In this document: positions 26,201-38,425 of the stretch, one piece after another
How the letters are laid out: the number at the start of each line of letters is the position of its first letter
How positions within the stretch are numbered: position 1 is the first letter of the stretch
From: Octopus sinensis
Taxonomy: Eukaryota
Assembly: GCF_006345805.1 (NCBI RefSeq)
Contig: NC_043003.1
Location: 17,732,001-17,796,000, forward strand
DNA length: 64,000 nt
Direction of reading: 5' to 3'
Position numbers and translations under genes: made by a program
Notes under the pieces: generated by a model
Seen by the model: the letters and a program-made list of their open reading frames with translations, nothing else
The model's database searches: none
What the model was told of the DNA's origin: nothing

Positions 26201-26280
26201 TGTATAAATTAACACTTCCTTCTCGAAGCCTAGATTCGGTTTCGGATCTAGACTTGGAGAAGGAAGTGTTAATTTTTACA
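26201..26280. repeat. 80-bp hairpin palindrome
   Basis: aaattaacacttccttctcgaagcctagattcg-gttt-cggatctagacttggagaaggaagtgttaattt. Confidence 0.9.
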
Positions 26281-26555
26281 TATGTATGTATGTGTGTGTG
26301 TGGGGGGGGGGGCGTATGTATGTATGTGTATATGCACATATATGTAAGCATATGGATATGAAAGTAAACAGATCAACATACAGACGGATACCCATGGCTT
26401 TTTGCAGTGCATTCTCCCCTATTTGTCTGGAAACTGTTCCCTCTCTTGGTTCAATGCTGGAGGGGGCATGATGTAGCACCAAATATGATGCAGCACACCA
26501 CAAAGATGTGAAGGCATCATACACTGTTGTGTATGAAAAACCTTGTTTTCATTAT

Positions 26556-26597
26556 TGTCCTGATGAAGACCACAGTGTAGTGGGTAAAGTGCTGACA
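26556..26597 (+). ncRNA. Degenerate hammerhead-like relic
   Basis: tgtc-CTGATGA-a-gaccac-agtgta-gtgg-gtaaa-gtgct-gaca; the GAAA half is damaged. Confidence 0.3.
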
Positions 26598-27016
26598 TAT
26601 AAAAACATGTTGCTTTTGATTTCAATATTTTTCTAGATATTTTTATATTTCTCTCTGACTCAGCTATTTTATAATATATATATTTATTCTTTTATTCTTT
26701 TACTTGTTTCAGTCATTTGACTGTGACCATGCTGGAGCACTGCCTTTAGTCAAGCCAATCGACCCCAGGATTTATTCTTTGTAAGCCTGATACTTATTCT
26801 ATCGGTCTCTTCTGCTGAACCACTAAGTTACGGGAACGTACACACACCAGCATCGGTTGTCAAGCCGATATAATAAACCTTTAAAATTGTTAGTATCCTA
26901 CGCATCATTAATTCTATGTCACATAGTTTTCTGAGTACATTAAAATCATTTTCCTACTCAACATAGTCACAGGCATTATATATCATACATTGTTTCTTAA
27001 TCCACAAAGCATGTAC

Positions 27017-27372
27017 ACACACACACACACACATATGTGTGTGGATGTGTAGATGTGTGTATGCATGTACACTCTATGTATTGATGTACTGAGTGCCATT
27101 ATTATTTCTTAATCCACATATTATTGCTGCCACTTAGACAACGTCGTCTGAAGTCTACATCAGTTAATCCATTTAATACAACCTACTTATATCATTTCAT
27201 TAGCTGTCATATCTACCCCAGGAAAGGAGGTTTTCTGCCCCCAGGGGTCCCATTACTCATTATGTGAAAAATTTTAAGAACCTAAAACCATCTCTGGTTC
27301 TCCCAGTTTGGAGAAAATCAATTATGAACTTCAGAAGTGCAGGAGGTTTACACGCACGCACGAACACACACA

Positions 27373-27404
<32 letters not shown>

Positions 27405-27747
27405 CACATATGTGTGTGGATGTGTAGATGTGTGTATGCATGTACACTCTATGTATTGATGTACTGAGTGCCATTATTATTTCTTAATCCACATATTATT
27501 GCTGCCACTTAGACAACGTCGTCTGAAGTCTACATCAGTTAATCCATTTAATACAACCTACTTATATCATTTCATTAGCTGTCATATCTACCCCAGGAAA
27601 GGAGGTTTTCTGCCCCCAGGGGTCCCATTACTCATTATGTGAAAAATTTTAAGAACCTAAAACCATCTCTGGTTCTCCCAGTTTGGAGAAAATCAATTAT
27701 GAACTTCAGAAGTGCAGGAGGTTTACACGCACGCACGAACACACACA

Positions 27748-27791
<44 letters not shown>
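27017..27791. repeat. Two apparently identical 375-bp tandem copies
   Basis: catatgtgtgtggatg at 27032 and 27407; unit boundaries fall in (CA)n tracts. Confidence 0.9.
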
Positions 27792-27793
<2 letters not shown>

Positions 27794-27899
27794 TTAAATC
27801 ACTAGTGTTAAAGTCTGCTCATAAATGGATCAATGGTTTCACATCCACAACACCCACAGCTCCATACAAAAACAAATTTAACTCCATACAAAAGCAAAT

Positions 27900-28720
27900 T
27901 TAACAAAAATATATACAGAAAACAGATTCCATGACATACCAGGAGGGAAAACTAGAAGTAATTGATAGCTTCCATTACCTAGGTAACCAAGTCAGTAGCA
28001 AGTGTGAATACTTTGAGATTGTAGCTGCTAGAATAAGAATAGCCTGGGCAAAGTTCAGAGAGCTCATACCTCTGCTGGTAACAAAGGACTTCTCAATCAG
28101 AGTGAAAGGTAGACTGTATGATGCATGTGTGCGAACAGCCATGCTACATGGCCGGGAAACATGGGCCATGACTGCTGAGGACATGTGTAAGCTTGCAAGA
28201 AATGAAGCTAGTATGATCCGCTGGATGTGTAATATCAGTGTAAGTGCCCTGAGAGAAAAGTTGGACATAAGAAACCTCAGATGTGGTGTGCAAGAAAGAT
28301 GAATGTGCTGCTATGGTGATGCATTGCATATAGATGAGGACAGCTGTGTGAAGAAGTGTCACACCCTAACAGTGGAGGGAACCTGTGGAAAAAGTAGATC
28401 CGGGAAGACATGAGATGAAGTGGTGAAGCATGACCTTCAGACATTGGGCCTCACAGAAGCAATGATAAGTGACCGAGACCTTTGGAGATATGCTGTGCTT
28501 GAGAAGACCCAGCAAGCCAAATGAGATCATAGCCATGGTCAATGCCAGTGTCACCTGACTGGATCCCATGCTGGTGGCACATAAAAAGCACCCACTACAC
28601 TCTCAGAAATCTTGCCAGATCAGATTGGAGCCTGGTGCAGCCTCCTGGCTTGCCAATCCTCAGTGAAACTGTCCAACCCATACCAACATGGAAAGCGGAT
28701 GTTAAACGATGATGATGATT
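27900..28720 (+). mobile_element. RTE LINE 3' portion (RT C-terminus, 3' UTR, GAT tail)
   Basis: LEVIDSFHYLG...ARIRIAWAKFRELIPLL...KGRLYDACVRTAMLHGRETW is typical RTE RT. It is contiguous with the tail family seen throughout the window. Confidence 0.92.
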
Positions 28721-28749
28721 ATATATATATATATATATGTATATATTTG

Positions 28750-29090
28750 AAGGCGCATGGCTCAGTGGTAAGAGCGTCGAGCTTACGATCATGAGTTTGT
28801 GAGCTCGAATCCTAGACCGGGTTGCGTGTTGTGTTCTTGAGCAAGACACTTTATTTCACATTGCTCCAGTTCACTCAGCTGTAGAAATGAGTTGTGACAT
28901 CACTGGTGCCAAGCTGTATCGGCCACTTTGCCTTTCCCTTGGATAACACTGGTGGTGTGGAGAGGGGAGGCCTGTATGCATGGGCGACTGCTGGTCTTCC
29001 ATAAAACAACCTTGCCTGGACTTGTGCCTGGGAGGGTAACTTTCTAGGTGCAATCCCATTGTCTGTGTTGTGACCAAAGGGGATCTCAGA
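28750..29090 (+). mobile_element. tRNA-derived CORE-like SINE, family E
   Basis: gaaggcgcatggctcagtggtaag head and ttgagcaagacactttatttcacattgctccag CORE-like segment; its tail is also at 42820-42960. Confidence 0.8.
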
Positions 29091-29109
29091 ATATATATAT
29101 TTATATATT

Positions 29110-29590
29110 GTTATCATCATCATCATCCTTTAACATCCATTTTCCATGCTGGCATGAGTTGGATGGTTTGACCAGAGCTGGCAAGCTGGGGAGCAGCACC
29201 AGGCTCCAGTCTGATTTGGCAGGGTTTCTACAGCTGGATGGCCTTCCTAATATCAACAACTTTACCGACTGTACTGAGTGCTTTGAATGTGGCACCAGCA
29301 TGAGGGTCTTTACATGGTAACAGCATGGGTGCTTATTACACGGCACTGACACAGTGCTCTTGCAGGCCAATCTTTTTCATCATGGGGAACAGCATTAGCA
29401 CTTCTGCTGTGGAGGACAAGTCTTCTTGAGTACAGCAAATTGCCAGACATCTGTTCCTTTGTTATCTCCTCCATAGGGTTCAGGGTAATGAGGTCGTCTT
29501 GAGTACTTCGTTCCATGTTTTCTTGGGTTTTCCTCTTACACAACTTCCATCTGCCTTGCATGATCAGCACTTCTTTATGGAGCAGTCAAC
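29110..29590 (-). mobile_element. Degenerate RTE 3' fragment
   Basis: Minus strand has the ggaaaacccaagaaaacatggaacgaagtactcaagacgacctc (RPRKTWxEV...DL-like) region and the tail. Confidence 0.75.
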
Positions 29591-30002
29591 ATGTATTTTC
29601 CTTTCTTGAACCCTCAGCCTCATAAGACCAGTTACCTAGTTTCCATGGCTTATAAGTGTCTGAAATCACATCATTCCTTCAGAAAGAATACCAGTCTATT
29701 GCAAGGATCAAAGCCAGCATTTCTGATGGGAAGGAACAAGTTAATTATGTTGCCCCAATATTTGGCAGGTGTTTTATTTTATTGACCCGTAACAGATGGA
29801 AAGTGAAGTTAAATTCAGTGGAATTTGAACTCAGAAGGTAAAGTACCAGAAGAAACACCACTGAGTATTTTGTCCACTGTGTTACCAATTCAACCTGCTC
29901 AGTGCCTTAAATACCTATATCAATCAATTTTTACAAATGAATCCCTTTGAATCCTATTTTATTCAGGTGGACCCTCATAGCCATTCGATGTTTAAAAAAA
30001 TC

Positions 30003-30410
30003 CTATTCTTTTATTCTTTTACTTGTTTCAGTCATTTGAGTGTGGCCATGCTGGAGTACCACTTTTAGTTGAATAAATCGAACCCAGGACTTATTCTTTG
30101 TAAGCCTAGTACTTATTCTATCAGACTCTTTTGCTGAACCACTAAGTTATGAGGACGTAAACACACCAGCATCAGTTGCCAAGCGATGGTTGGGGGACGA
30201 ACAAACACAAACACACACACATATGTATATATATATATATATATATATACACGACAGGCTTCTTTCAGTTTCCATCTACCAAGTCCACTCACAAGGTTTT
30301 GGTTGGCCCGAGGCTATAGTAGAAGACACTTGCCCAAGGTGCCACGCAGTGGGACTGAACCCGGAACCATGTGGCTGGTAAACAAGCTACTTACCACACA
30401 GCCACTCCTA
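30003..30410 (-). mobile_element. Family A SINE, full length
   Basis: Same structure as 9150-9597. Confidence 0.9.
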
Positions 30411-31879
30411 TAATTATATTTTAGGAAGTGTATAAAAAAAAATCAAAATATTTTGTGTATGGTAGAAGTATAACAAATTTATTGCACATAAATTTTAACT
30501 ACAAAATCTTATGTGGACCCCCCCTCCTCTTGAATGCCATATGGATCATATGGCTGTGGTGGAGTATAATCATAGAAGCATTCTGTATTCTAAATCCACA
30601 CACACACACACTGTAAAGTGGTTGGCATTAGAAACCGTAGAAGCCAAATCAAATCAAACTAGAATCTAGTGCCGTTATCCAGCTTGTCAGCTCTGGTCAA
30701 ACTTGCTTACCCATACCACCATGGAAAACAAACATTAAAGAATGATGACGATGATGATGATGGCAGGGTTTTGCGTACATAATACAATAATTTAGAAACC
30801 TTTAATCAAGTAAGATTACCCATATTATTAGTGAACAAAAATTCCCTCTAGGAGCGAATAAAACCTAAAAAGAGATCAAGGGAAATAACTCCAATAAAAT
30901 CACGTTGGGGAGATCTGCTCCAATTACTGTATTTTTTTTTTTTTTCAGCTAGCTCAATTAACTACATTTGTTATTTCAGATTTAAACACTCCTAGAGTGA
31001 ATTTTTATACACTAACTACACGGATAATCTTAATAAAATCAAAGTTTTTTCAAAATTCACTGTGTTATGTATATGTGAGACTCTACAGCAGCTGTAATAT
31101 CTTTTAACTATAGGCATACGGCCTGAAAGTTGGTGGAAGGAGACGAGTCGATTATATCGATCCCAGTTTTTAATTTGCACTTTTTTTTTGTCGATCCTGA
31201 ATGGATGAAAGGCAAAGTCGACCACGGCGGAATTTGAACTGAGATCGTATGGAACCAGAAGAAATGCCCTTCGGCGTTTTGTCCAACGCGTTAACGTGTC
31301 TACCAGCTCGCCGCCTTTACCGTCGTTGTAACTTGAAGCCTGTCTGGGAGTAAAACAAACTTGTTTAGACTTCCTGATTGTAAATTATAGTGTCTAGTAT
31401 ATTGTCAGCTTTAGACGGGTTTCTTAGTCGAAATAAATAAATGAGGAAATAAGAGAAAATCCCATTTCATTTTTCTAATGTCACGTCGAAAATTATTTTC
31501 ATAGTAGGTCAGGAGAGAGACGAAATATATAAAAGAATATATAGATATATCAATCGATCGCAAATATAGCTTAAACGGAATGTATAGTTAGTTTGTTTTA
31601 TTTACAACTATCAGAATTTGGACCAAGCGTTAAACCGTAGAGAGAAAAACATAACAAACTAAAATATATGGATTTTTTTAAAAGTAAAATATATTACGCA
31701 AATAGATGTGTTAAAATATATCGATATGGCATAATCAATTAGATTGTTTATATAATATGCTCTATTGGAAATCAGTCTTTGACAAAATAAATGATTAAGT
31801 AGTATATTATTCGACTTAGCAATTAAATGTCTTTCTATTACGTAAAGTAAAATTAATTTTGGTTGAGTTGTATATGTTT

Positions 31880-32190
31880 TGGAAAAGTTTGAAAACTTTT
31901 TAATAGTTTGTTTCTGTGTCCCAAGTGCGACCTCCTCTTTCGTCTGCACCCACCCGGGACGTTGACGTACTGAGGCGACATCTCGCGGCTAAGTCACAGC
32001 TGTCAACAAGTTGTTTAGTTTCAACAGTGAATGTTGCCAGGTTTTACTCGAAATTCCTTGTCACCGAATTATTGTTATACTTTTTTTTCCAAGTCCAGGG
32101 ACATTTAAAATATATATATATCCAAGTAAGTTAATACTTTTCAACATATCCCCTTTTTTTTAAAACTTTCACTTATCCTTTTGTTTTCAG
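31880..32190 (+). promoter_or_regulatory. Candidate first (5' UTR) exon and short intron 32126-32190
   Basis: CpG-rich unique block, donor ccaa|GTAAGT at 32126, acceptors ttttgttttcAG (32190) and gtgttttcAG (32290). Confidence 0.4.
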
Positions 32191-32296
32191 TTATCAGCTC
32201 CCTACTCTTAGAAAAAATACACAGGAAAGTTTTTTTTAAAAATCAAAACAAATCCGATTGAGAAAAAAGAAAACTTTCGGGTGTTTTCAGTCGTTT

Positions 32297-32582
32297 ATGA
32301 ATCGGGCGTCGAAAGTAGAAAAAAAGTTTTGCTATCAAGTCAACTACGTTTGTAGTCCTTTCTTCTCTCATTCTTCTTATTACTTGCTGGAGGCATTTTC
32401 TTTGTTGCTCCAGTGACAACAATTATGACCTCAAAAGTCAGGAGCCACTAACTTCTGTCACTTTACCCCTTCAGGCTAAAATGACGCCCGCTTGGCAATT
32501 TCATTTGTCATTTTCTCTTCATATATGGAAAGGAACAAAAAGTTTTTTTAAAAGCGTAAAAAACAATAACACGTATATTTAA
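32297..32582 (+). CDS. Possible small membrane-anchored ORF, needs a 1-nt deletion in the A7 run at 32319-32325
   Basis: ATG 32297 as given stops after 39 aa. A second frame is open for 87 codons (32319-32579) with hydrophobic FVVLSSLILLITCW. No homology recognised. Confidence 0.2.
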
Positions 32583-33792
32583 CTTGCATTATTTTTATAA
32601 CTCAACTTTACTTTTCATATCCTCCGGCCGGGTCAATAAAACAAAAGCACTTGTCAAGTACTGGGGGCAGTTTGACCGAAGTAACCCTTACCCTAAAATT
32701 TCTCGTTTCCTTCCTGTTAAGAATAGCTATTTCAAAGCTCAATCTTACACCCAGATCTTTTATCGCAAGTTATTTGTTTAAGCAATCGATAATAACATTT
32801 TAAAGAAACCACTCATTTACTTAATCAGTATTAGAAATTTCAATTAAACGAGTTATTTATGAAATCAATTGTATTATCTCAAGTGAATTATTTATTTCGT
32901 AATGAAATTTCAATCCATTTAATGTTTTATCAGATCTCTCTTTCATTCTCTTTCTGTTTAAATTTCTCTCTTTTCATATCCTCCCATTTCTATTAATCAC
33001 TCTACTTTTCCACTTTCACACTTTATTCGTGTGTGTGTGACTAATTATGCCATTTATCCTTCTCTCTCTCTCTCACACACACACAAATATTATTGTGTAT
33101 TACTCTATATCTTGTCATAAATATTGTGACAAGCTTGCGTCATTGGAAGTTGTCTACTTATCAAAATATTTATGGGTTGTTAACTACTACCAACAAATTA
33201 TAGATGAAATAATTGGGGTTCGGTCGATAAAGTACCAGAACTGGGATCGACGTAATCGACTGGTCCCTTCTCTCAAATTCCAGATCTGTATCTATAATGG
33301 AAAGAATTATTGTAATTCTATTCATATTTAGGATGCATTATGAGGTTATAAACCAACCCTAATTCTTGACTTGTCTTTAACGACACTGAAAAGACAAAGT
33401 TGACACCGGTAGGTTTTGAACTCAGGAAAATACTGGATTTCTATCGTCCGATTCCTAAACAATTCCACCAATCCACCGTTATTAAACCAGAGTTGTAATT
33501 TTCGCTTATTATTCCAACATATTTTTAATTAGGCTCTGTTTGAGTTCACACGAACAAAACTGTATTAACACTTTTTTTTTTTAATAAGGGAAAATAGATA
33601 TAGTGTGTGTAATCATTTTGGATTTTAAAAAGTTGAAAAACTTCATGTGGCTGGAAGAAATTTAGAGATTTATTTTGCATGTTTTGGCTTCCACAACCGA
33701 CCACTCTATGTCTCCCACAAGACTTGTGGCCATCCGAGTCTTGCATTGCATTGGGATGGAAAATGCGAAGCTAATCACAATGCGCATACTCA

Positions 33793-34015
33793 TATTCTTT
33801 TCTACTCGAGGCACAAAACCCAAAATTTATGGGGAGGGAGGGGGCCAGTCGATTAGATCGACCCAGTATGCTACTGGTACTTAATTTGTCGATCTTGAAA
33901 GGACAAAAGGCAAAGTCGACCTCGGCGGAATTTGAACTCAGAAAGGTAAAGACAGACGAAATACTGCTAAGCATTTCGCCTGGCGTGCTAACGTTTCTGT
34001 CTGCTTACCACCTTG
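33793..34015 (-). mobile_element. Family B SINE
   Basis: atattcttttctactcgaggcacaa...aaggcaaagtcgacctcggcgg. Confidence 0.9.
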
Positions 34016-34073
34016 CATATTCATAATATTGAGTCAATGCGGGATTAGCAATTGAACCCTTTTAAGATATTAT

Positions 34074-34309
34074 CAGTAGCGAATGCAGGGGTGTTGCTTT
34101 AGTTGCCCGGGCAACACCCTTTCTAGCCGAACCGACACCAAAAAAATCGGGACCAAAGTTTTCGGACAACAGTCGAGGAAATGAGTCAACTATTACTAGT
34201 ATAGGAGTTGCCGGACCTACTGGGTGTTGCCCGACCTGCCCGCTAGAGTGCAACACCCCCAAAAAACTTTTGTGCACCATCCCGCAAAAAATTCCTGGAT
34301 CTTCCACTG
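34074..34309. mobile_element. 236-bp MITE, CAG..CTG ends, 5-bp ATTAT duplication
   Basis: attat|cagtagcgaatgcagg...cctggatcttccactg|attat, with two internal GGGTGTTGC..GCAACACCC hairpins. Confidence 0.65.
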
Positions 34310-34954
34310 ATTATCAAATACATGATTGTGTTTTCCAATAACATTTCTAGTTTATCTTTAATAAATAAGTCAACGGACAAGCATCGATCTGCTAGAAATA
34401 GCCACCAAATGCCCTTCGACGGAGAACATTAGTTAATATAGTCCTAAAATACTCCTTTGGCTGGAAATGAAAGGGGATTGTAAATTTGGCATGCCTATGA
34501 TCATAGAGATGTTCAGTTAGGTCTGACCTGGTGTTAAACAGAAACTTTTGTATATCTACTTTTCATTGATTTATTACTTATTACTCAAAATAGTTTTAAA
34601 TACATACCATAGTTAATACTTAATTCTTTTTTTTTTCTAATTTTATTTGAGAAAAAATCGATTGTTCAAATAAACCGAGCAAAACTATTGTACCACCCGA
34701 ATTAACACCTACAAACTCAAATATTTTCTCAATCGAAACCTATTTGTTGTACTTTACTTATTCTAATTAAAAATACATGTTGCCCGTGGGACCTCCGAGA
34801 GAAATTTTACAAGGTGGTGGGGGCTGTGCTCTTCGGAAGTCTGAGAACGTAGGATCCAAAATCGGCGTGAAATCCGTCCAATGAGGGAGTCATAAAGATA
34901 GTGACATGACATGACATTTTAAATTTGCACACCCATCCTGTTATTCTTGTAGAA

Positions 34955-35310
34955 GGAGTGGCTGTGTGGTAAGTAGCTTGCTTACCAACCACATGGTCCC
35001 GGGTTCAGTCCCACTGCGTGGCACTTTGGGCAAGTGTCTTCTATAGCCTCGGGTCGACCAAAGCCTTGTGAGTGGATTTGGTAGACGGAAACTGAAAGAT
35101 GCCCGTCTATATATGTATATATGTGTTTGTGTGTCTGTGTATGTCCCCACCTCCAACATCGCTTGACAACCGATGCTGGTGTGTTTACGTCCCCGTAACT
35201 TAGCTGTTCGGCAAGAGAGACCGATAGAATAAGTCCTGGGGTCGATTTGCTCGACTAAAGGCAGTGCTCCAGCATGGGCGCAGTTAAATGACTGAAAGAA
35301 GTAAAATAGT
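34955..35310 (+). mobile_element. Family A SINE with internal deletion
   Basis: ggagtggctgtgtggtaag head; aataagt|cctgggg deletion. Confidence 0.9.
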
Positions 35311-37625
35311 ATATTACTTAAATGCATGGCTGGTAGATTGGGAGAATCGTTTGAGGGTCGGGAGAAGTTTTCGGAGGTATTTCTCGGACTCGTATCCTGT
35401 CGAGGTCAACTTTACCTTGCATTCTCTTGGGGTCAATTTAATTAACAATATATTATTTTACTTCATTATCATTATCATTATTTTGCGAATTCAAGTGGCA
35501 ATCTGGCAGAATCGTTAGCACACTGGACTTGAGGCTTAGCGGCATTTCATCCGTCTTTACGTTTAAATTCCGACGAGGTCGACTTAGCAATTCATCCTCT
35601 CGAGATCGATGAAATAAGTACCAGTTAGGCACTGAGGGTCGATGTAATCACTAGCCTCCTCCCTCAAAATTTCGGGCCTTGTACCTATAATAGAAAGGAT
35701 TATTATTTTGCGATTTAAACACCGAAGACCCTTTCCAGGAAAATCCTGGCTATTTTGATCTTAATGTGCCGACCTTTCTCTTTCCGTCGATGAAACGAAA
35801 ATTAATGAACGAATATAATAAAAGTACCTAAATTATAGTTTTATGAAAGTTTGTTTGTATGCGGAGCTTTTGGTTTATTGAACATAATTTAGACAATTCC
35901 GGATGTATGATGTGACTTAAATTTAAATCTAATCGAACGTAAGTTAGGTATAAATTTCAATCAAGTGTCTCGGAAGAGTGTTGATAAATACGTTAAACCT
36001 GTTTTAAGTGAGGCGTTGTCATACTTAAATGTACATATTATTATATCTCATTATTTATTTTTACTCGTTTCAATCATTAGTCTACAGCAAGGCCCTAAAA
36101 CTTAATAGATTTTGGTGGCCCCATATATATATGTTATTCAAAATTTTAACAATAATAAACCATAAAATGAATTTTTGCTTCTCAAGACGAAACAAAACTA
36201 ACATTAAGATAGAAAATAGTTATTTTGTATACTTCCACTTTATTTACATTTGAAAAGTTTTCAACATCTTTTTAATTGTAAAATCTTTGATCAGAGCCTC
36301 ACTGTGATACCATGGACACTTCAAAATTACATTTTCGATCATATAAACCACTTCGAATATTATTTGAACAAATTTAAAGTGATTTCTTTTGTGTCGTAAA
36401 CCATTTACCATTTCTGTGATTACCCCCACCACACACACACATTTCTCTTGATGTCCTGAGCACGTGCTTATTTTGCTTAATTATTAATCTAGCGCTGGTC
36501 TGCAGCCAGGTTGAAAGTACACTTGTTCATTTTACTGAAAAGATAGGCAGGTCCCAGTAATAAAAAGCTAAAAATATACCCAAAAGCTGCTTATTTGATA
36601 ACCTTTGTAAGATGATGCAATGAAGAGGTAACTGTGGGGGGTTGTCTTTAACTTTTGAGGAAGGGGAACAACAGATATTCACCGGCCCCTCATTGGTTCT
36701 CTGGGCTCCAGACCTATGTACTTAGTGAACTAACTTCTTATTGGTCCCTAGTCGCAGTTAGTATACATAGACGAAGCATTCATTTTTAGATTGTCAACAC
36801 AAAATAGATTTTATTTTGAAAGATCATACTATTTTCATGTAAATAGCGTATGCTTTTGTTGTTTTTTTTTTCTCTAAGTATTGAAAATTGTGGACTGAAT
36901 CGACCTGTCTCATCAAGATCTGCTTACCCCTCCTCAAAACGATTAGTTTATGTATGACTGGACTCATATTTACTCTTGTTAAGGCAAGGAATTTGATACA
37001 AAACATCCGGGTCAGAATCGTGGGTAACATGATAGTTGTGTGTATATATATGTATATATATATATATTATATACATATATATATATATATATATATGTTT
37101 CTTTATTAGTCACACAGACGGGACGTGTTTAGCCCCTTGTGGGTAGTAAAGAAATAGATTACAAAGTAGAGCTTTTCTTTTTAGGGAGAAAAAAAAAGAA
37201 AAAAAGTGGGGTAGGTTTTCGATCAAAAGGGATCGTAAAAGGGAAAGAAAAAAAGAAAAAGAAAAAACAATCAATAAAAAAAAGAGAATAAAATATATTA
37301 TCGATTTGGTATAACTATAGACGTGTGTCACTCACCATCGTCTTCGTTTCTTTATAACTTTTTTTTGAAAAATGCATATTTGTTTTGAGGAAATTTTCTA
37401 GAGATACATTTTGTATGGTGTAAATTAGAGATTATATCGGAATTTGTTGTGAAAAATATTTTTTCCGGAAGAGTGGAGAGGAGTTTTCGATAATTTATAT
37501 ACTTCAATTTGTTCCTCATACCTTTTTAAAAAAATGGATGTTTTTTTAATAAATTTTCTACAAATACATTTCAGATGTACACTATTTACATTTGACGGAT
37601 ATTTGTCCTCATCTTGTTTGTTGTT

Positions 37626-37671
37626 AACACAACGTTTCGGCTGATGTATCCTCAAGACTTCATCAGGTATC
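37626..37671 (-). ncRNA. Minimal hammerhead-like motif, intact core, damaged stem II
   Basis: GAUAC-CUGAUGA-A-gucuu...cagcc-GAAA-CG-UU-GUGUU. Confidence 0.55.
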
Positions 37672-38072
37672 TTGGGGGAAATTTGGAACCTGGGTTCTCA
37701 CTCCTAAGATATTTTTCGTTGTTGTTGTTATTCAGGTCACTGCTTGGAATCGAACTCGGAATCTTGTAGCTAGTAGCCCGCGCTCTTAACCACTACGCCA
37801 TATGTCCGTTTGCTATTTATTTATTCACAACCACAAAGTATAATTACTCCCAAAACTGCTGTCTGGCTGTCAATCTTGAATTCATTATATGGGTTGTACA
37901 CCAACAAGTGTTTACATTTTAATAAGTACCTCATTTACAGTGCAGTCTTAAATATAATGCCACCTCACTTTAAGAACCTTAACCACTATGCCATATGCCC
38001 GCGGATATATGGCGTAGTGGGCTACTAACCCTAAGATTCCGAGTTCGTAGTGACCCGAATAATAATAACAAT

Positions 38073-38307
38073 GGTACTACATAAGAAGAGTGGTCCCGGT
38101 GCGCGTACTCGCGCCTAGTCGATCCCACAACGACTACCTAGTAAAGTAAATAAAACACAAAATAAATAATTTTTTTCACAAAGTAAATAATTCTTTTAAA
38201 ACAAAGTAAATAAAACACAAAAACACGATCGACTGGTCACGACTATCTAGCGCGGATGCGCGAGTACGCGAGTGCGCGCACCGGGACCACTCTTCTTAAG
38301 TAGTACC
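38073..38307. mobile_element. 235-bp MITE nested in the dimer's (AAT)n tract
   Basis: aat|GGTACTACATAAGAAGAGTGGTCCCGGTGCGCG...CGCGCACCGGGACCACTCTTCTTAAGTAGTACC|aat; TIR over 30 bp with one mismatch. Confidence 0.85.
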
Positions 38308-38379
38308 AATAATAATAATAATAATAGTAACAGCGAAAAATACCTTATGAATGAGAACCCAGGTTCGAAATTTCTCCAA

Positions 38380-38425
38380 GATACATGATGAAGGCTGGAG
38401 GGTATATCAGCCGAAACGTTGTGTT
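38380..38425 (+). ncRNA. Minimal hammerhead-like motif, intact stems, C3 mutated to A
   Basis: GAUAC-aUGAUGA-A-GGCUG-gagggtatat-CAGCC-GAAA-CG-UU-GUGUU. Confidence 0.55.

Noticed and set aside
37740-37805. Possible real tRNA gene (and other tRNA-like heads)
   Set aside because: A and B boxes are present but there is no closing acceptor stem, and each continues into a repeat body; these are SINE heads.
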